A stretch of 50,558 nucleotides of DNA, from positions 1-50,558 of the IMG/VR virus record IMGVR_UViG_3300038393_001512; one strand, written 5' to 3'. Position 1 is the stretch's first letter. Each line of letters opens with the position of its first letter. The notes below the pieces were generated by a model that saw nothing but the letters and a program-made list of their open reading frames with translations, was not told the origin of the DNA and made no database searches. The DNA comes from a virus (Duplodnaviria > Caudoviricetes). The position numbers were made by a program, and so were the translations under genes. This document shows, in pieces, positions 8,810 to 18,191 of this stretch.

Positions 8810-9530
8810 TTTGCAGAAGCTTCAGGAGGCGTTGGCGAGCGGCGACGTCGAAGCGGCGAAGCTCTACGCGGCGAAGATAGAGGGGGCGAAGGCCCCTAAG
8901 AAGAAAGTGGCCACGCCACCCAAGAAGAAAGTAGCTACGCCACCTAAGAAGGCGAAGCCTTCCAAGAAGGCCCCTGTGGTGCCCGAGGACGATTTCCCAG
9001 AGACGGAGGGTCCGGATGACCTGGAAGACGTCTTCGTGCCTCCTGCGAGCCGCCAGAGCCCTTCCCGAGCGTCCTCGCTCGTGCTGCCCGGCGACTTCAA
9101 CTACAATGCCCCTACGGCCGGGCAATATGGGGGGTATGGGGATGATTCGTCCTGGCAAGCGACCACTATGCGGCCGGGAGGATTCGGCAATCGCGGAGCG
9201 GATAGGGTCGAGGCCCGCAAGGTCTCGATGGCTAATCGTAAGCACATCAACTTATTTGATGATTGGATGCATGACGGGGGACAGGGTGCCGACAAGCTCT
9301 CGCCCCGCGAGAAGAAGATGGAGAAGGCCATTGCCAACTCTCCAGTGACTCCAAGACCGGGACAGAGAGGGGCGATGCGACCACCGGCTCAGAAGACCCA
9401 CATTAACTGCGATGGGTGCGGTCGCCCCTTCGATGTGTATCCGAGTGAGCTAACGCAGACCCATGAAGATAATGGTCGGCCCTACATCGTCTACATATGC
9501 GACCGATGTGTCAAGCGGGGAAGAAGGTAA
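8796..9530 (+). CDS. Hypothetical protein with Lys/Pro repeats and a C-terminal zinc ribbon
   Basis: GGAGG RBS; PKKKVATP x2; CDGC...CDRC. Confidence 0.75.
   Translation: MAKSNLQKLQEALASGDVEAAKLYAAKIEGAKAPKKKVATPPKKKVATPPKKAKPSKKAPVVPEDDFPETEGPDDLEDVFVPPASRQSPSRASSLVLPGDFNYNAPTAGQYGGYGDDSSWQATTMRPGGFGNRGADRVEARKVSMANRKHINLFDDWMHDGGQGADKLSPREKKMEKAIANSPVTPRPGQRGAMRPPAQKTHINCDGCGRPFDVYPSELTQTHEDNGRPYIVYICDRCVKRGRR
8895..8951 (+). repeat. 24-nt coding tandem repeat (PKKKVATP x2.4)
   Basis: cctaagaagaaagtggccacgcca / cccaagaagaaagtagctacgcca / cctaagaag. Confidence 0.85.
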
Positions 9531-11015
9531 ATGGGACAAGTATTCGAAGATGTGGCAGCAGAGCGAGCGGTTCTTGCCGGAATCTTCGAGTACGGCGGGG
9601 ACGCCTTCATTGATTGTGATGACCTGATCGATGCCGAACACTTCACGGACCTGACAAACCAAAAGTTGTATAGGTGCGTGCAAGAATTCTTCTCCGACAA
9701 TCATCAGAAGAGGCTTGATGTACCATCCCTCTTGTCTACGGCAAACAAGTTGGGATTCTCCAACTTCTTGGATGACATTGACGAGAAGCGGTACTTCCAG
9801 ACGGTTCTTGATCTTGATGTAGCGTTGCCGACCGTTCGCACGCAGGCCGAGAAGCTCTTCAAGCTGTCGATCACCAAGCAGCTTGACAGAAAGCTCGTGG
9901 AGGCCCGCCACCACCTGGAGCGGGTCACGGGCGACGAGTCACTCAGTGAGATTCTTGGCATTGTCGAGAATCCGATCTTCGACTTCACGACCAAGCTCAA
10001 TGACGGGGTGGAGCAGGGACCCACTCACATCGCCCTCGGTGGGCGAGAGTGGCTTGAAGATCTGATCGCGAACCCACGCGAGAGCATCGGTATTCCGAGC
10101 CCATTCCCTCGCTACAATGAGTTGATCGGTGGCGGCTATCGACGGGGTGAGATTGCCATCGTCGGTGCCCGCCGCAAGACTGGTAAGACGATCTGGTGCG
10201 ACAACGTATGCCTGCATGTGGCTAAAGAGTTGAATATTCCCGTACTCAACATCGACACCGAAATGAATCGGGAGCAACATCTCGCCCGCATCCTGGCCCA
10301 CATGACAAACATCGACTCCTTGCAGATCTCGAAAGGGAAGATTACGCGGAGCCAGGCGGATGACTGTCGTCGGGCGATGGACGTCCTCGAATCAATCCCC
10401 TACACCTACCACTGCGTGGTGGGGAGGAGCTTCGAGGAGCAGGTTGCCGCGATGCGACGTTGGTCCATCAAGACTGTTGGTGTTGATGCGAACGGTCGCC
10501 GAAACGACTGCCTAGTTGTCCACGACTACCTCAAGATGATGGACGAGGAGTCGTCGGGCAAGTTCCAGGAATACGAAAAGCTCGGCTACAACATGATCGC
10601 CATGCACGCGATGGCGAGCCGCTGTGATATTCCCGTACTGAGTATGGTCCAGTTGAATAGGGAGGGGGGTATCGCTGCCTCCGACCGCATCACCTGGTTC
10701 TGCTCTTCGTACTCCACCCTCTCTAGGAAGGTCGAGGGAGAGGGTGACATGAACTGCCTCAAGCTCGTCATCGAAGCCTCTCGTAATGGTGGCGGCTCCA
10801 TCGATGGCGACCACATCAACATCCACTTCGATGGGGCTACGGCCCGCATGGTTGAAGGGAAGACTCGCTTCGAACTGGAGCGAGAGCGACAAGTGGCTAA
10901 GCAGGGCATGATTGTCGAGGATGATAGTGATGCAGAACACTCCTTCAGCGAAGAAGAATTCGGAACTGTACCAGAGCAGCGACGTCCTAAGAGAACTCGG
11001 AAATCGGCTCGCTGA
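9531..11015 (+). CDS. dnaB: DnaB-like replicative helicase
   Basis: AERAVLAGI N-terminus, GARRKTGKT, IDTEM, HDYLKMM, VQLNREG, ASRNG. Confidence 0.93.
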   Translation: MGQVFEDVAAERAVLAGIFEYGGDAFIDCDDLIDAEHFTDLTNQKLYRCVQEFFSDNHQKRLDVPSLLSTANKLGFSNFLDDIDEKRYFQTVLDLDVALPTVRTQAEKLFKLSITKQLDRKLVEARHHLERVTGDESLSEILGIVENPIFDFTTKLNDGVEQGPTHIALGGREWLEDLIANPRESIGIPSPFPRYNELIGGGYRRGEIAIVGARRKTGKTIWCDNVCLHVAKELNIPVLNIDTEMNREQHLARILAHMTNIDSLQISKGKITRSQADDCRRAMDVLESIPYTYHCVVGRSFEEQVAAMRRWSIKTVGVDANGRRNDCLVVHDYLKMMDEESSGKFQEYEKLGYNMIAMHAMASRCDIPVLSMVQLNREGGIAASDRITWFCSSYSTLSRKVEGEGDMNCLKLVIEASRNGGGSIDGDHINIHFDGATARMVEGKTRFELERERQVAKQGMIVEDDSDAEHSFSEEEFGTVPEQRRPKRTRKSAR

Positions 11016-12114
11016 TCGAGGCTTTGAGGATCTCTTCGAAGCCCTCGAAGTCGACCTGAGACGATCCGGCAAGATGTTCGTGGGCACCTGCCCAATCCAC
11101 GGAGGCTCCAAGTCCAACGCCTTCAACATCTTCCCCGATGGCGACTCGGCCAAGGGGAACTGGAAGTGTCGGAGTGGCGAGTGCGAGGAGGTCTTCTACC
11201 ACCGGAGCCCCATCGGATTCGTCCGTGGGGTCCTCTCCCACCAGAAGTACGGATGGTCGCAGAAGGGGGATGAAGTGGTCACGCATCGCGAAGCGGTGCA
11301 GTACGTCCTCGACTTCCTCGGCATCAAGATCGAGGATGCCAAGCCCGACCCCGTCAAGATTGCCCGCCACCGCTTCGTCGCCGATGCGAAGTTCTTCAAG
11401 AAGAGGGACAAGACCAAGAGGGTGGGTCTCTGCACGAGGGAGGAGCTACGCTCCTACCTCCAGATGCCCGCCGACTACTACGTCAGGCGGGGCTACTCGC
11501 CCGCAATCCTGGACACCTTCGACGTCGGCCTTTGCACCAATAGGCGAAGCCCCATGTATGGACGTGTCATTGTCCCTGTATACGATCGCGACTACCGGAT
11601 GGTGGTCGGCACAATCGGCCGCACGACTTCCCCCCAGTGTCCCAAGTGCGACTACTTCCACGAACCCACGCTTCCCTGCCCCGTCTCCAAAGGAGACTAT
11701 CTTCAGTCTTGCAAATGGAGATGCTCTGACGGCTTCACCGACAAGAACCACTTCTACAACTTCTGGAGGTCTCGCGGTCCCATTAGCAAGTCCCGCTGTA
11801 TGGTCCTGGTCGAGGGTCCCGGCGATGTCTGGAGACTTGAAGAGGCTGGGATCGAGGTCGCAGTAGCGACCTTCGGTAACAAGATCACCGATGCCCAACG
11901 GATTGAGATTCAGTGCAGTCGTGCCCTCCACTTCATCCTGGTTCGCGATCAGGACCAAGGTGGGGCGGCTTTCGCGGAGCAGGCGAGGTCCGTCTTGACT
12001 CGCTACGGCTCCTTTCAGGTCGTCGAGCCGCCCACCAAGGATGTGGGCGAGATGACAGTAGATCAAGTGCGTGAACTCATTCTCCCCCTCGTCGAAGCCA
12101 AATCATTGAGGTAA
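10930..12114 (+). CDS. dnaG: DNA primase (Zn-binding domain + TOPRIM)
   Basis: CPIHG...CRSGEC Zn finger; GRVIVPVYD...GTIGR; VEGPGDVW and DQDQGG TOPRIM motifs. Confidence 0.9.
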   Translation: MQNTPSAKKNSELYQSSDVLRELGNRLADRGFEDLFEALEVDLRRSGKMFVGTCPIHGGSKSNAFNIFPDGDSAKGNWKCRSGECEEVFYHRSPIGFVRGVLSHQKYGWSQKGDEVVTHREAVQYVLDFLGIKIEDAKPDPVKIARHRFVADAKFFKKRDKTKRVGLCTREELRSYLQMPADYYVRRGYSPAILDTFDVGLCTNRRSPMYGRVIVPVYDRDYRMVVGTIGRTTSPQCPKCDYFHEPTLPCPVSKGDYLQSCKWRCSDGFTDKNHFYNFWRSRGPISKSRCMVLVEGPGDVWRLEEAGIEVAVATFGNKITDAQRIEIQCSRALHFILVRDQDQGGAAFAEQARSVLTRYGSFQVVEPPTKDVGEMTVDQVRELILPLVEAKSLR

Positions 12115-12116
12115 CG

Positions 12117-12989
12117 ATGCAGAAGATCCTTGCGATATCAGGAAGGAAGCAGAGTGGCAAAGACACTTGCTTCAAGTTCATCAAGCAGATCATTCCGGAT
12201 GCGAAGCACTTCTACTTCGCCGATCCCCTCAAGCGGATATGTATCGACATCCTTGGGTGTCCGGAAGAGAAGGTGTACGGCACCGACTCGGATAAGAATG
12301 AAAAGGTGCCCCACCTTCTCTGGGAGAACTTCCCAGTATCCGCTTACACCAAGCCCAACGGCTCTGTCTTCACGGGAGTGCCGAATGGCCGCTTCAATCT
12401 CACAGTCTTTGATCCTCCTCCCGACCTTCAACCCCTTGACATCCATTGTGATGGTATCGTCTTCAAGGGGGAAATGCCCAAGATCGACTTCCAGCAACCT
12501 CTAGATCTACCCATCTCTCCAAGTCAGATAAGCCCATTCCGCTTCCATGATGGGGATATGCTGAAGCCCCTGACGGGGCCTATGAGCGTTCGTGAGGTAC
12601 TCCAATACTGGGGCACCGAGGTCTTCCGCAAGGCTTACCACAACGTATGGGCTGACGCCTGCATTCGTGCCATCCGTAAGGACGGCTGTGAGTTTGCCGT
12701 CATCACCGACTGTCGATTCCCAAACGAAGTTGATGTGGCCAAGGCTGAGGGCGGCAAGGTCGTTCGTCTCACTCGCAACGTGTTTCCTGACGATGCCCAC
12801 GCGAGCGAGACGGCCCTCGACGTGAATCGCTACAACTGGTCGAACTTCGACGAGGTCATCTACAACGAGGACATCGGAGTAAAGGAAACGTGTCTACGAA
12901 TTCTCAAGTTCTTGATGGACAACCAGTGGTACAACGGACCCCTCTCCTTCAAGGACTTCATCCAATACGCTGAGAAAGCCGCTGCATGA
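12117..12989 (+). CDS. Deoxynucleoside monophosphate kinase (T4 gp1-like) with an internal insertion
   Basis: SGRKQSGKDT, FADPLK, REVLQYWGTE, ITDCRFPNE, HASETALD. Confidence 0.9.
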   Translation: MQKILAISGRKQSGKDTCFKFIKQIIPDAKHFYFADPLKRICIDILGCPEEKVYGTDSDKNEKVPHLLWENFPVSAYTKPNGSVFTGVPNGRFNLTVFDPPPDLQPLDIHCDGIVFKGEMPKIDFQQPLDLPISPSQISPFRFHDGDMLKPLTGPMSVREVLQYWGTEVFRKAYHNVWADACIRAIRKDGCEFAVITDCRFPNEVDVAKAEGGKVVRLTRNVFPDDAHASETALDVNRYNWSNFDEVIYNEDIGVKETCLRILKFLMDNQWYNGPLSFKDFIQYAEKAAA

Positions 12990-14005
12990 TCGTTACATTC
13001 TTACGTAGTTCCTCTTACGGGACACATTCCATATGCCCACATAAGTTCCTACTTGAGTATGTTCTAGGCATTCGACCCCCATCGGGCAAAGCCGCCGACA
13101 AGGGGACCATCGTCCACAAGGCTCTAGAAGTCTTGGCTCAGGTAAGCATGTGCAGAGCTACGGGGGCTACCTCTTATGTGGACGAAGCCTTTGGGCTCGT
13201 CGACATCGACAAGGTGACTCCCGACTGGGCCACGCAAGCCGCTTGGGACTTCTATACTCCGGACTCTCCGCACATCGAGTGGGAGAAGAAGGATTTGGAC
13301 GACTGCCTCAAGTGGACCAACAAGGCAATCACCTTCAACGAGGGTCGTTATGACCCTCGTAACCTCGACATCATCGCCCAAGAACAGCGATTCAACTTCG
13401 AGATTAATGAGCCTTGGGCCAAGTACGAGTATACCCTCGAAGATGGCACTCGATTAGAGGGCCATCTCGGCATCAAGGGCACCATCGACCTCATCACGAG
13501 GAATAGGTATGGGCAGGGCATCGTCGAGATTATCGACTGGAAGACGGGGCAGAGAAAGGATTGGTCCAAGGAGGGGTGGGAGAAGAAGACATATGAGGAG
13601 ATATGTCATGATCCACAACTCTGCTTATATCATTACGCCGCGTGTCGCCTCTATCCGGACGCCGAGGAGATCTGGATTACCATCTACTACATCAATGATG
13701 GTGGTCCATACTCGGTCTGTTTCTGCAAGGAGGATCTCGCCTATACGGAGAAGATCCTGAGCGAGAAGTTCAACGAGATCCGCAATACGACGGTGCCCTA
13801 CCTCAACGTGGGGCGAAAGTGTACCGGCTTCTGTCACTTCGGCAAGACGATGTCAGAGCATGACTCGTCAAAGACGGTCTGTCAATTTTTCGCGGACCAA
13901 GTCCGCACCAAAGGAATCGAGGCAACAACCCATGAGTTTGGACGCACAGGTGCATACAACGAATACGGAGACGGTGGTGGACGAAAGGCTCCAAAGGAAC
14001 TCTGA
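12986..14005 (+). CDS. Cas4/RecB-like PD-(D/E)XK exonuclease
   Basis: SSY...CPHK, GTIVHKALE, GTIDLI, IIDWKTG, QLCLY, C-terminal CTGFCHF...C (Fe-S-like Cys set). Confidence 0.88.
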   Translation: MIVTFLRSSSYGTHSICPHKFLLEYVLGIRPPSGKAADKGTIVHKALEVLAQVSMCRATGATSYVDEAFGLVDIDKVTPDWATQAAWDFYTPDSPHIEWEKKDLDDCLKWTNKAITFNEGRYDPRNLDIIAQEQRFNFEINEPWAKYEYTLEDGTRLEGHLGIKGTIDLITRNRYGQGIVEIIDWKTGQRKDWSKEGWEKKTYEEICHDPQLCLYHYAACRLYPDAEEIWITIYYINDGGPYSVCFCKEDLAYTEKILSEKFNEIRNTTVPYLNVGRKCTGFCHFGKTMSEHDSSKTVCQFFADQVRTKGIEATTHEFGRTGAYNEYGDGGGRKAPKEL

Positions 14006-14345
14006 GACTTACACTCTCAACCAGTATCAGCAGGACTCGGCGAAGACCGCCGTTTATCCGGGGAGGGGCACGGATGCGGGCCTCCAGTACGTCGCCCTCG
14101 GCCTTTGCGGCGAGGCCGGTGAGGTCGCCGAGAAGGTCAAGAAGATCATGCGAGACGATGGCGGCGTGATGAGCGAGGAGAAGAGGCAGGCTATCGCGAA
14201 GGAACTGAGCGATGTGGCCTGGTATCTCGCGGAACTTGCCACCCAGACTGGCTTCGACCTCGGAGAGATCGCCGTCATCAATGTGAGGAAGTTGCACGAT
14301 CGTCAGGGACGAGGCGTGCTCAAGGGGAGCGGCGACAACAGATAA
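13932..14345 (+). CDS. MazG-like nucleotide pyrophosphohydrolase
   Basis: LNQYQ, GLCGEAGEVAEKVKK, KELSDVAWY, N.RKLHDR..RGVLKGSGDNR. Confidence 0.92.
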   Translation: MSLDAQVHTTNTETVVDERLQRNSETYTLNQYQQDSAKTAVYPGRGTDAGLQYVALGLCGEAGEVAEKVKKIMRDDGGVMSEEKRQAIAKELSDVAWYLAELATQTGFDLGEIAVINVRKLHDRQGRGVLKGSGDNR

Positions 14346-14347
14346 AG

Positions 14348-14384
14348 TTGTCGATCGCGATTCATGTCCTATACTATGGGTAGG
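14348..14384 (+). promoter_or_regulatory. Sigma70-type promoter with the conserved 19-bp motif (copy 2), upstream of dnaE-N
   Basis: TTGTCG-16 nt-TATACT(14370); GTCCTATACTATGGGTAGG at 14366-14384, running into the AGGAGG RBS. Confidence 0.8.
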
Positions 14385-14392
14385 AGGATGAA

Positions 14393-16351
14393 ATGGCGTT
14401 CTGCCCGCTAGTCAATCACACGCACTACAGCTTGCTCGACGCGACCGCCAAGCCCGACGCTCTCGCCAAGCGAGCCGCGAATTTTGGCTACTCAGCAGTC
14501 GCCATGACCGACCACGGGAACTTGGGTGCGGCCGTTGAGTTTGTCTCCGCAATGAAGGGGAAGGGGATCAAACCCCTTCTCGGTTGCGAGTTCAACCTAT
14601 GCAGGGATGATCCGACCATCAAGACGTCGGACAACGGTCGCCCCTACTCCCACGTGGTGCTGCTCGCCAAGAACCTGGCGGGATGGAAGCAGTTGATTGG
14701 GGCCGTCAGTCGCTCTAGCAACAAGGAGCACTCGTATCAGGGGCCCCGCCTCAACCTCGAATCGCTCTCGGATTTCGCCGTGGGTCATAACCTGATCGCG
14801 ATGAGCGGTCATATGGGCTCGGACCTGGCCAACGCCCTCTTCGTCGATCCCAAGGTGGCATACCAGTCGGCCTCGCTCGACGAGGTTAGGAAGCTGGTCC
14901 ATCCGGATTGGTCGAAGAGGCTATCGGCGATCGTCGAACAGTACATCTCCATCTTCGGCAAGGAGAACTTCTTCATCCAGACTCAGGTCGTCGATCCCGA
15001 TGTGATTCCAGCTTCGCTGGCCGTCGCCCTCACGATGAGGAGGATCGCCACCAAGTTTGGGATTCCGTGCGTGGCAACGCCCGACGTCCACTATCCGGAA
15101 TCGATCGATGCGGACGACCAGAGGGTCGTCCTCTGCTCGCACATGAAGACGACCCTGAATGCCGCCCTCAACAGGGGCAAAGCCTTCCTTCAGCCCGACC
15201 TCACGATGGGGAACTTCTTCCGGTCTTCCGCCTTCTATCTTCCTACGGAAGAGGAGTTGCTCCAGCACCATCCGATGGAGGAGCTTGAGCAGTCGGTGAG
15301 AATCGCCGACATGTGCGAGGACTACGACATCCTCCACTCTCCGATGCTTCCTCACTTTCCCTGCCCCAACGGCATGAATGCCGACACCTACCTGAAGGAG
15401 TTGTGCGAGCAGGGGTGGAGGGAGAAGGTGCAGGGAAGGGACCTCCCGGAGCCGATCGAAGTTTACGAAGAGAGGCTCCGCATGGAGTTGGCCGTCATCA
15501 AGGGGGTGGGCCTTTCAGCCTACTTCCTGATCGTCCAGGACTTCATGAATTATGGGAGACGGAGGGGGTGGATTCTCGGGCCCGGTCGTGGCTCGGGTGC
15601 GGGCTGCATCATCTCCTGGTTGACCGGGATCACGGGCGTCGACCCAATCAAGTATGGATTAATCTTCGAACGCTTCTACAATGAGGGTCGCGTCTCCAAC
15701 GGTGTCGCCAGCCTCCCCGACATCGACAGCGACATCCCGAAGGAGAAGGCTGCCGAAATCTTTGCATACCTCGGATCGATGTACGGTGAGGATCGGGTGG
15801 CCAAGATCGCCACCTTCAATAGTATGCAGGGGCGTTCGGCCCTCACCGAAGTGATGCGTGCCCACGAGGAAGACCACGAACTGATCAAGCGGATCACCAA
15901 GACGCTGCCCGACAAGGCCCGCATCTCGGAAGAACTCGAAGAGATGAGGAAGCATGGGGACGATCCCTCCATCATCGCCTACTCGCTCGACGTGTTGGCC
16001 GACGACCTGTCGGATTGGGCCCGTGCCGAGTTCGATGAGAACGGTAGGATCAAGTCCATCAGTGGTGAGTATGGGGCCCGCTTCGCCCAAGCGATCCGCC
16101 TGGAAGGGGTCAAGAAGCATATCGGTACGCACGCCGCTGGCGTGCTCATCGGTGCCGAACCCCTCCACACCTTCGTGCCCCTCAAGTGGGACGAGACGTC
16201 CAAGAGCAACATCGCCGCTATGGAAATGAATTCCGTCGAGAAGATGGGCGGATGCAAGATTGACGTGCTTCGTGTTGCCTTCCTCGACAAGGCGATGGCA
16301 TACAGGAGCCTCGCCCTTACCGGGAGAATCGGTCATGATGCCGCAGCTTAA
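14393..16351 (+). CDS. dnaE: DNA polymerase III alpha, N-terminal half (PHP + palm/thumb)
   Basis: NHTHYSLLD, TDHG, GCE, DVHY PHP motifs; YFLIVQD, GPGRGSGAG, FERF, PDIDSD, HAAGV, KIDVL; stops right after the third catalytic Asp motif. Confidence 0.93.
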   Translation: MAFCPLVNHTHYSLLDATAKPDALAKRAANFGYSAVAMTDHGNLGAAVEFVSAMKGKGIKPLLGCEFNLCRDDPTIKTSDNGRPYSHVVLLAKNLAGWKQLIGAVSRSSNKEHSYQGPRLNLESLSDFAVGHNLIAMSGHMGSDLANALFVDPKVAYQSASLDEVRKLVHPDWSKRLSAIVEQYISIFGKENFFIQTQVVDPDVIPASLAVALTMRRIATKFGIPCVATPDVHYPESIDADDQRVVLCSHMKTTLNAALNRGKAFLQPDLTMGNFFRSSAFYLPTEEELLQHHPMEELEQSVRIADMCEDYDILHSPMLPHFPCPNGMNADTYLKELCEQGWREKVQGRDLPEPIEVYEERLRMELAVIKGVGLSAYFLIVQDFMNYGRRRGWILGPGRGSGAGCIISWLTGITGVDPIKYGLIFERFYNEGRVSNGVASLPDIDSDIPKEKAAEIFAYLGSMYGEDRVAKIATFNSMQGRSALTEVMRAHEEDHELIKRITKTLPDKARISEELEEMRKHGDDPSIIAYSLDVLADDLSDWARAEFDENGRIKSISGEYGARFAQAIRLEGVKKHIGTHAAGVLIGAEPLHTFVPLKWDETSKSNIAAMEMNSVEKMGGCKIDVLRVAFLDKAMAYRSLALTGRIGHDAAA

Positions 16352-16916
16352 GGCTTTGGAACGGGTTTGCCACGAGTGTGCCCTGAGAGCAACCTGCACG
16401 CAGGTCGTGCCAGGTGATGGCCCCTTCCCTGCCCCTCTGATGTTCGTCGGCGAAGCTCCGGGTGCAGAGGAGGATGAACAGGGGCTCCCATTCGTGGGGG
16501 CCTCTGGCAAGCTCCTCAACAAGATGCTGGAGGAAGCCAGGATGGAGCGAAGCTCCGTCTTTGTCACCAACGTCTGTCGCTGTCGCCCCCCGAAGAACAG
16601 GGCTCCGCTCCCCGAGGAGATCCAGGCTTGTAAGGGGTGGCTCTGGAAGGAGATGAGGATCGTAGATCCTCTCGTCGTCATCCCGCTCGGGAATACCCCG
16701 GCCCGCCTTCTCATGAAGGGCAAGAGCACCTTCCGAATTTCTACGGTTGTGGGCAAGCCCCACAAAGCCTCCTTCCTTCGCGAAGGCGGCATCATTCTCC
16801 CCATGTACCACCCCTCCTTCCTGCTCCGAGGGAGCAATGAGAAGGTGAAGGAAATGGTCAAGGTCCTTATCAAGGCCAGGAACTACATTAATGAACGAGT
16901 TCATCAGTCTGTTTGA
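16335..16916 (+). CDS. Uracil-DNA glycosylase, family 4 (Fe-S type)
   Basis: CHECAL, GEAPGAEED..G.PFVGASG, TNVCRCRPPKNR, YHPS. Confidence 0.93.
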   Translation: MMPQLKALERVCHECALRATCTQVVPGDGPFPAPLMFVGEAPGAEEDEQGLPFVGASGKLLNKMLEEARMERSSVFVTNVCRCRPPKNRAPLPEEIQACKGWLWKEMRIVDPLVVIPLGNTPARLLMKGKSTFRISTVVGKPHKASFLREGGIILPMYHPSFLLRGSNEKVKEMVKVLIKARNYINERVHQSV

Positions 16917-17589
16917 AGTCAAGACCTATAAGCCCAGTCGCCACATGGGCAACTGCCTGATGGCTAAGGACCCTTTCGCCAAGGGTCCTGGCATAGTCTA
17001 CGTGCCTAACGAAGAGAAGCCCGCCACGCGATCCTTCGAGGACGACCTAATTATCCCGGCCCTCACGGTGTCCGGCCACTCCACCTTCGAAGTGTGGCGT
17101 GAGTTGGACGACCAGGCCATGTCAACCGTGATCGGGGCGGCATGCGATCGGAACATGGTGGTCTACGACGACCAGGCGAAGCCTGGCGTGCTGACCTCTC
17201 GGCTCATCCGCCTCATGCAGGCGAATCACCTGAAGTATGGTGGCAAGGTTCTAACCGACATCTTCATCAATGCGGATCAGCCAACAACGATCGAGGTCTT
17301 CAACTGGCTCGACGGCGTTCACGTCCATCCTCTGGCGGTCGATCGCTATGAGCAGATGCGTCAGTGCTTTGCGGAAGTGCAGGGGACGTTGGCTGCTGGT
17401 GACGCCGACTTCCTTATCGGCATCCAGCGTGACGCCTACACATTCGTAAGAACGGTGCCCGTCATGGAGGAGGAAGACTACGTCTCCCTCGAAAAGTCAA
17501 TCTACTACGACATGGACACGCAAAGGCATAGGTCCGATGGTGGACTAGCCATCCTCAACATTCAACGTTTGCTGCTAGGGAGCTACTAA
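16891..17589 (+). CDS. Hypothetical protein, possibly a degenerate major-capsid-protein paralog
   Basis: Coupled ORF (TAATG to the next gene); DRNMVVYD...G.LT.RL..LM and C-terminal GLAILNIQRLLLGSY recall a phage capsid family (from memory, not searched). Confidence 0.6.
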   Translation: MNEFISLFEVKTYKPSRHMGNCLMAKDPFAKGPGIVYVPNEEKPATRSFEDDLIIPALTVSGHSTFEVWRELDDQAMSTVIGAACDRNMVVYDDQAKPGVLTSRLIRLMQANHLKYGGKVLTDIFINADQPTTIEVFNWLDGVHVHPLAVDRYEQMRQCFAEVQGTLAAGDADFLIGIQRDAYTFVRTVPVMEEEDYVSLEKSIYYDMDTQRHRSDGGLAILNIQRLLLGSY

Positions 17590-18188
17590 TGCAGTATGTT
17601 TCTATCGACCTTGAGACGACGGGCTTGCAGCCCACCTGGTGCCAGGTGTTGGAGATCGGTGCGATCATCGATGACGGAAAATCGTCTATCGACGATCTTC
17701 CGTCTTTTCACTGTTACGTGGTTCACCCCCAGATTCTTGGGGAGCCCTACGCCCTCTTCATGAATGCGGAGATCCTCCGCATCATCAGTGATCCAGAGGC
17801 ACACCCCGACAAGCTCTTCTGCTTCCCCGAGCATGTGGTAACTGCCTTCGGCAGTTGGCTCGGCCAGAATGGGGTCGACGTGACCAGCCCCATCAAGTGT
17901 GCGGGGAAGAACTTTGGGTCCTTCGATCGCCAGTTCCTTGAGCGATTGCCCGAGTTCGCCAAGTACCTTCGCCTAGCCCACCGAAGCATCGACCCCGGCT
18001 CCATGTACCTGGAGCAGGATGATGATCGGGTGCCGAGCACCGAGGTCTGTGCGAGGCGGGCTGGCGTCGAGATCGTTGATCAGCACCACGCACTCGCTGA
18101 CGCCCGCCTCGTTGTGCAGTTGATCAGGAAGAAGCTAGAGCCCGTCCCCGAGTTCAACTTGGACCTCTTGGCTGACCACGACAGGTAA
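17589..18188 (+). CDS. DEDDh 3'-5' exonuclease
   Basis: SIDLETTG, GKNFGSFD, HHALADA. Confidence 0.9.
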   Translation: MQYVSIDLETTGLQPTWCQVLEIGAIIDDGKSSIDDLPSFHCYVVHPQILGEPYALFMNAEILRIISDPEAHPDKLFCFPEHVVTAFGSWLGQNGVDVTSPIKCAGKNFGSFDRQFLERLPEFAKYLRLAHRSIDPGSMYLEQDDDRVPSTEVCARRAGVEIVDQHHALADARLVVQLIRKKLEPVPEFNLDLLADHDR

Positions 18189-18191
18189 CTG

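Noticed and set aside
12986-14005. Cas4-like gene as a sign of a CRISPR-Cas locus
   Set aside because: No repeat-spacer array or other cas genes in the window; stand-alone Cas4-like nucleases are common in phage replication modules.
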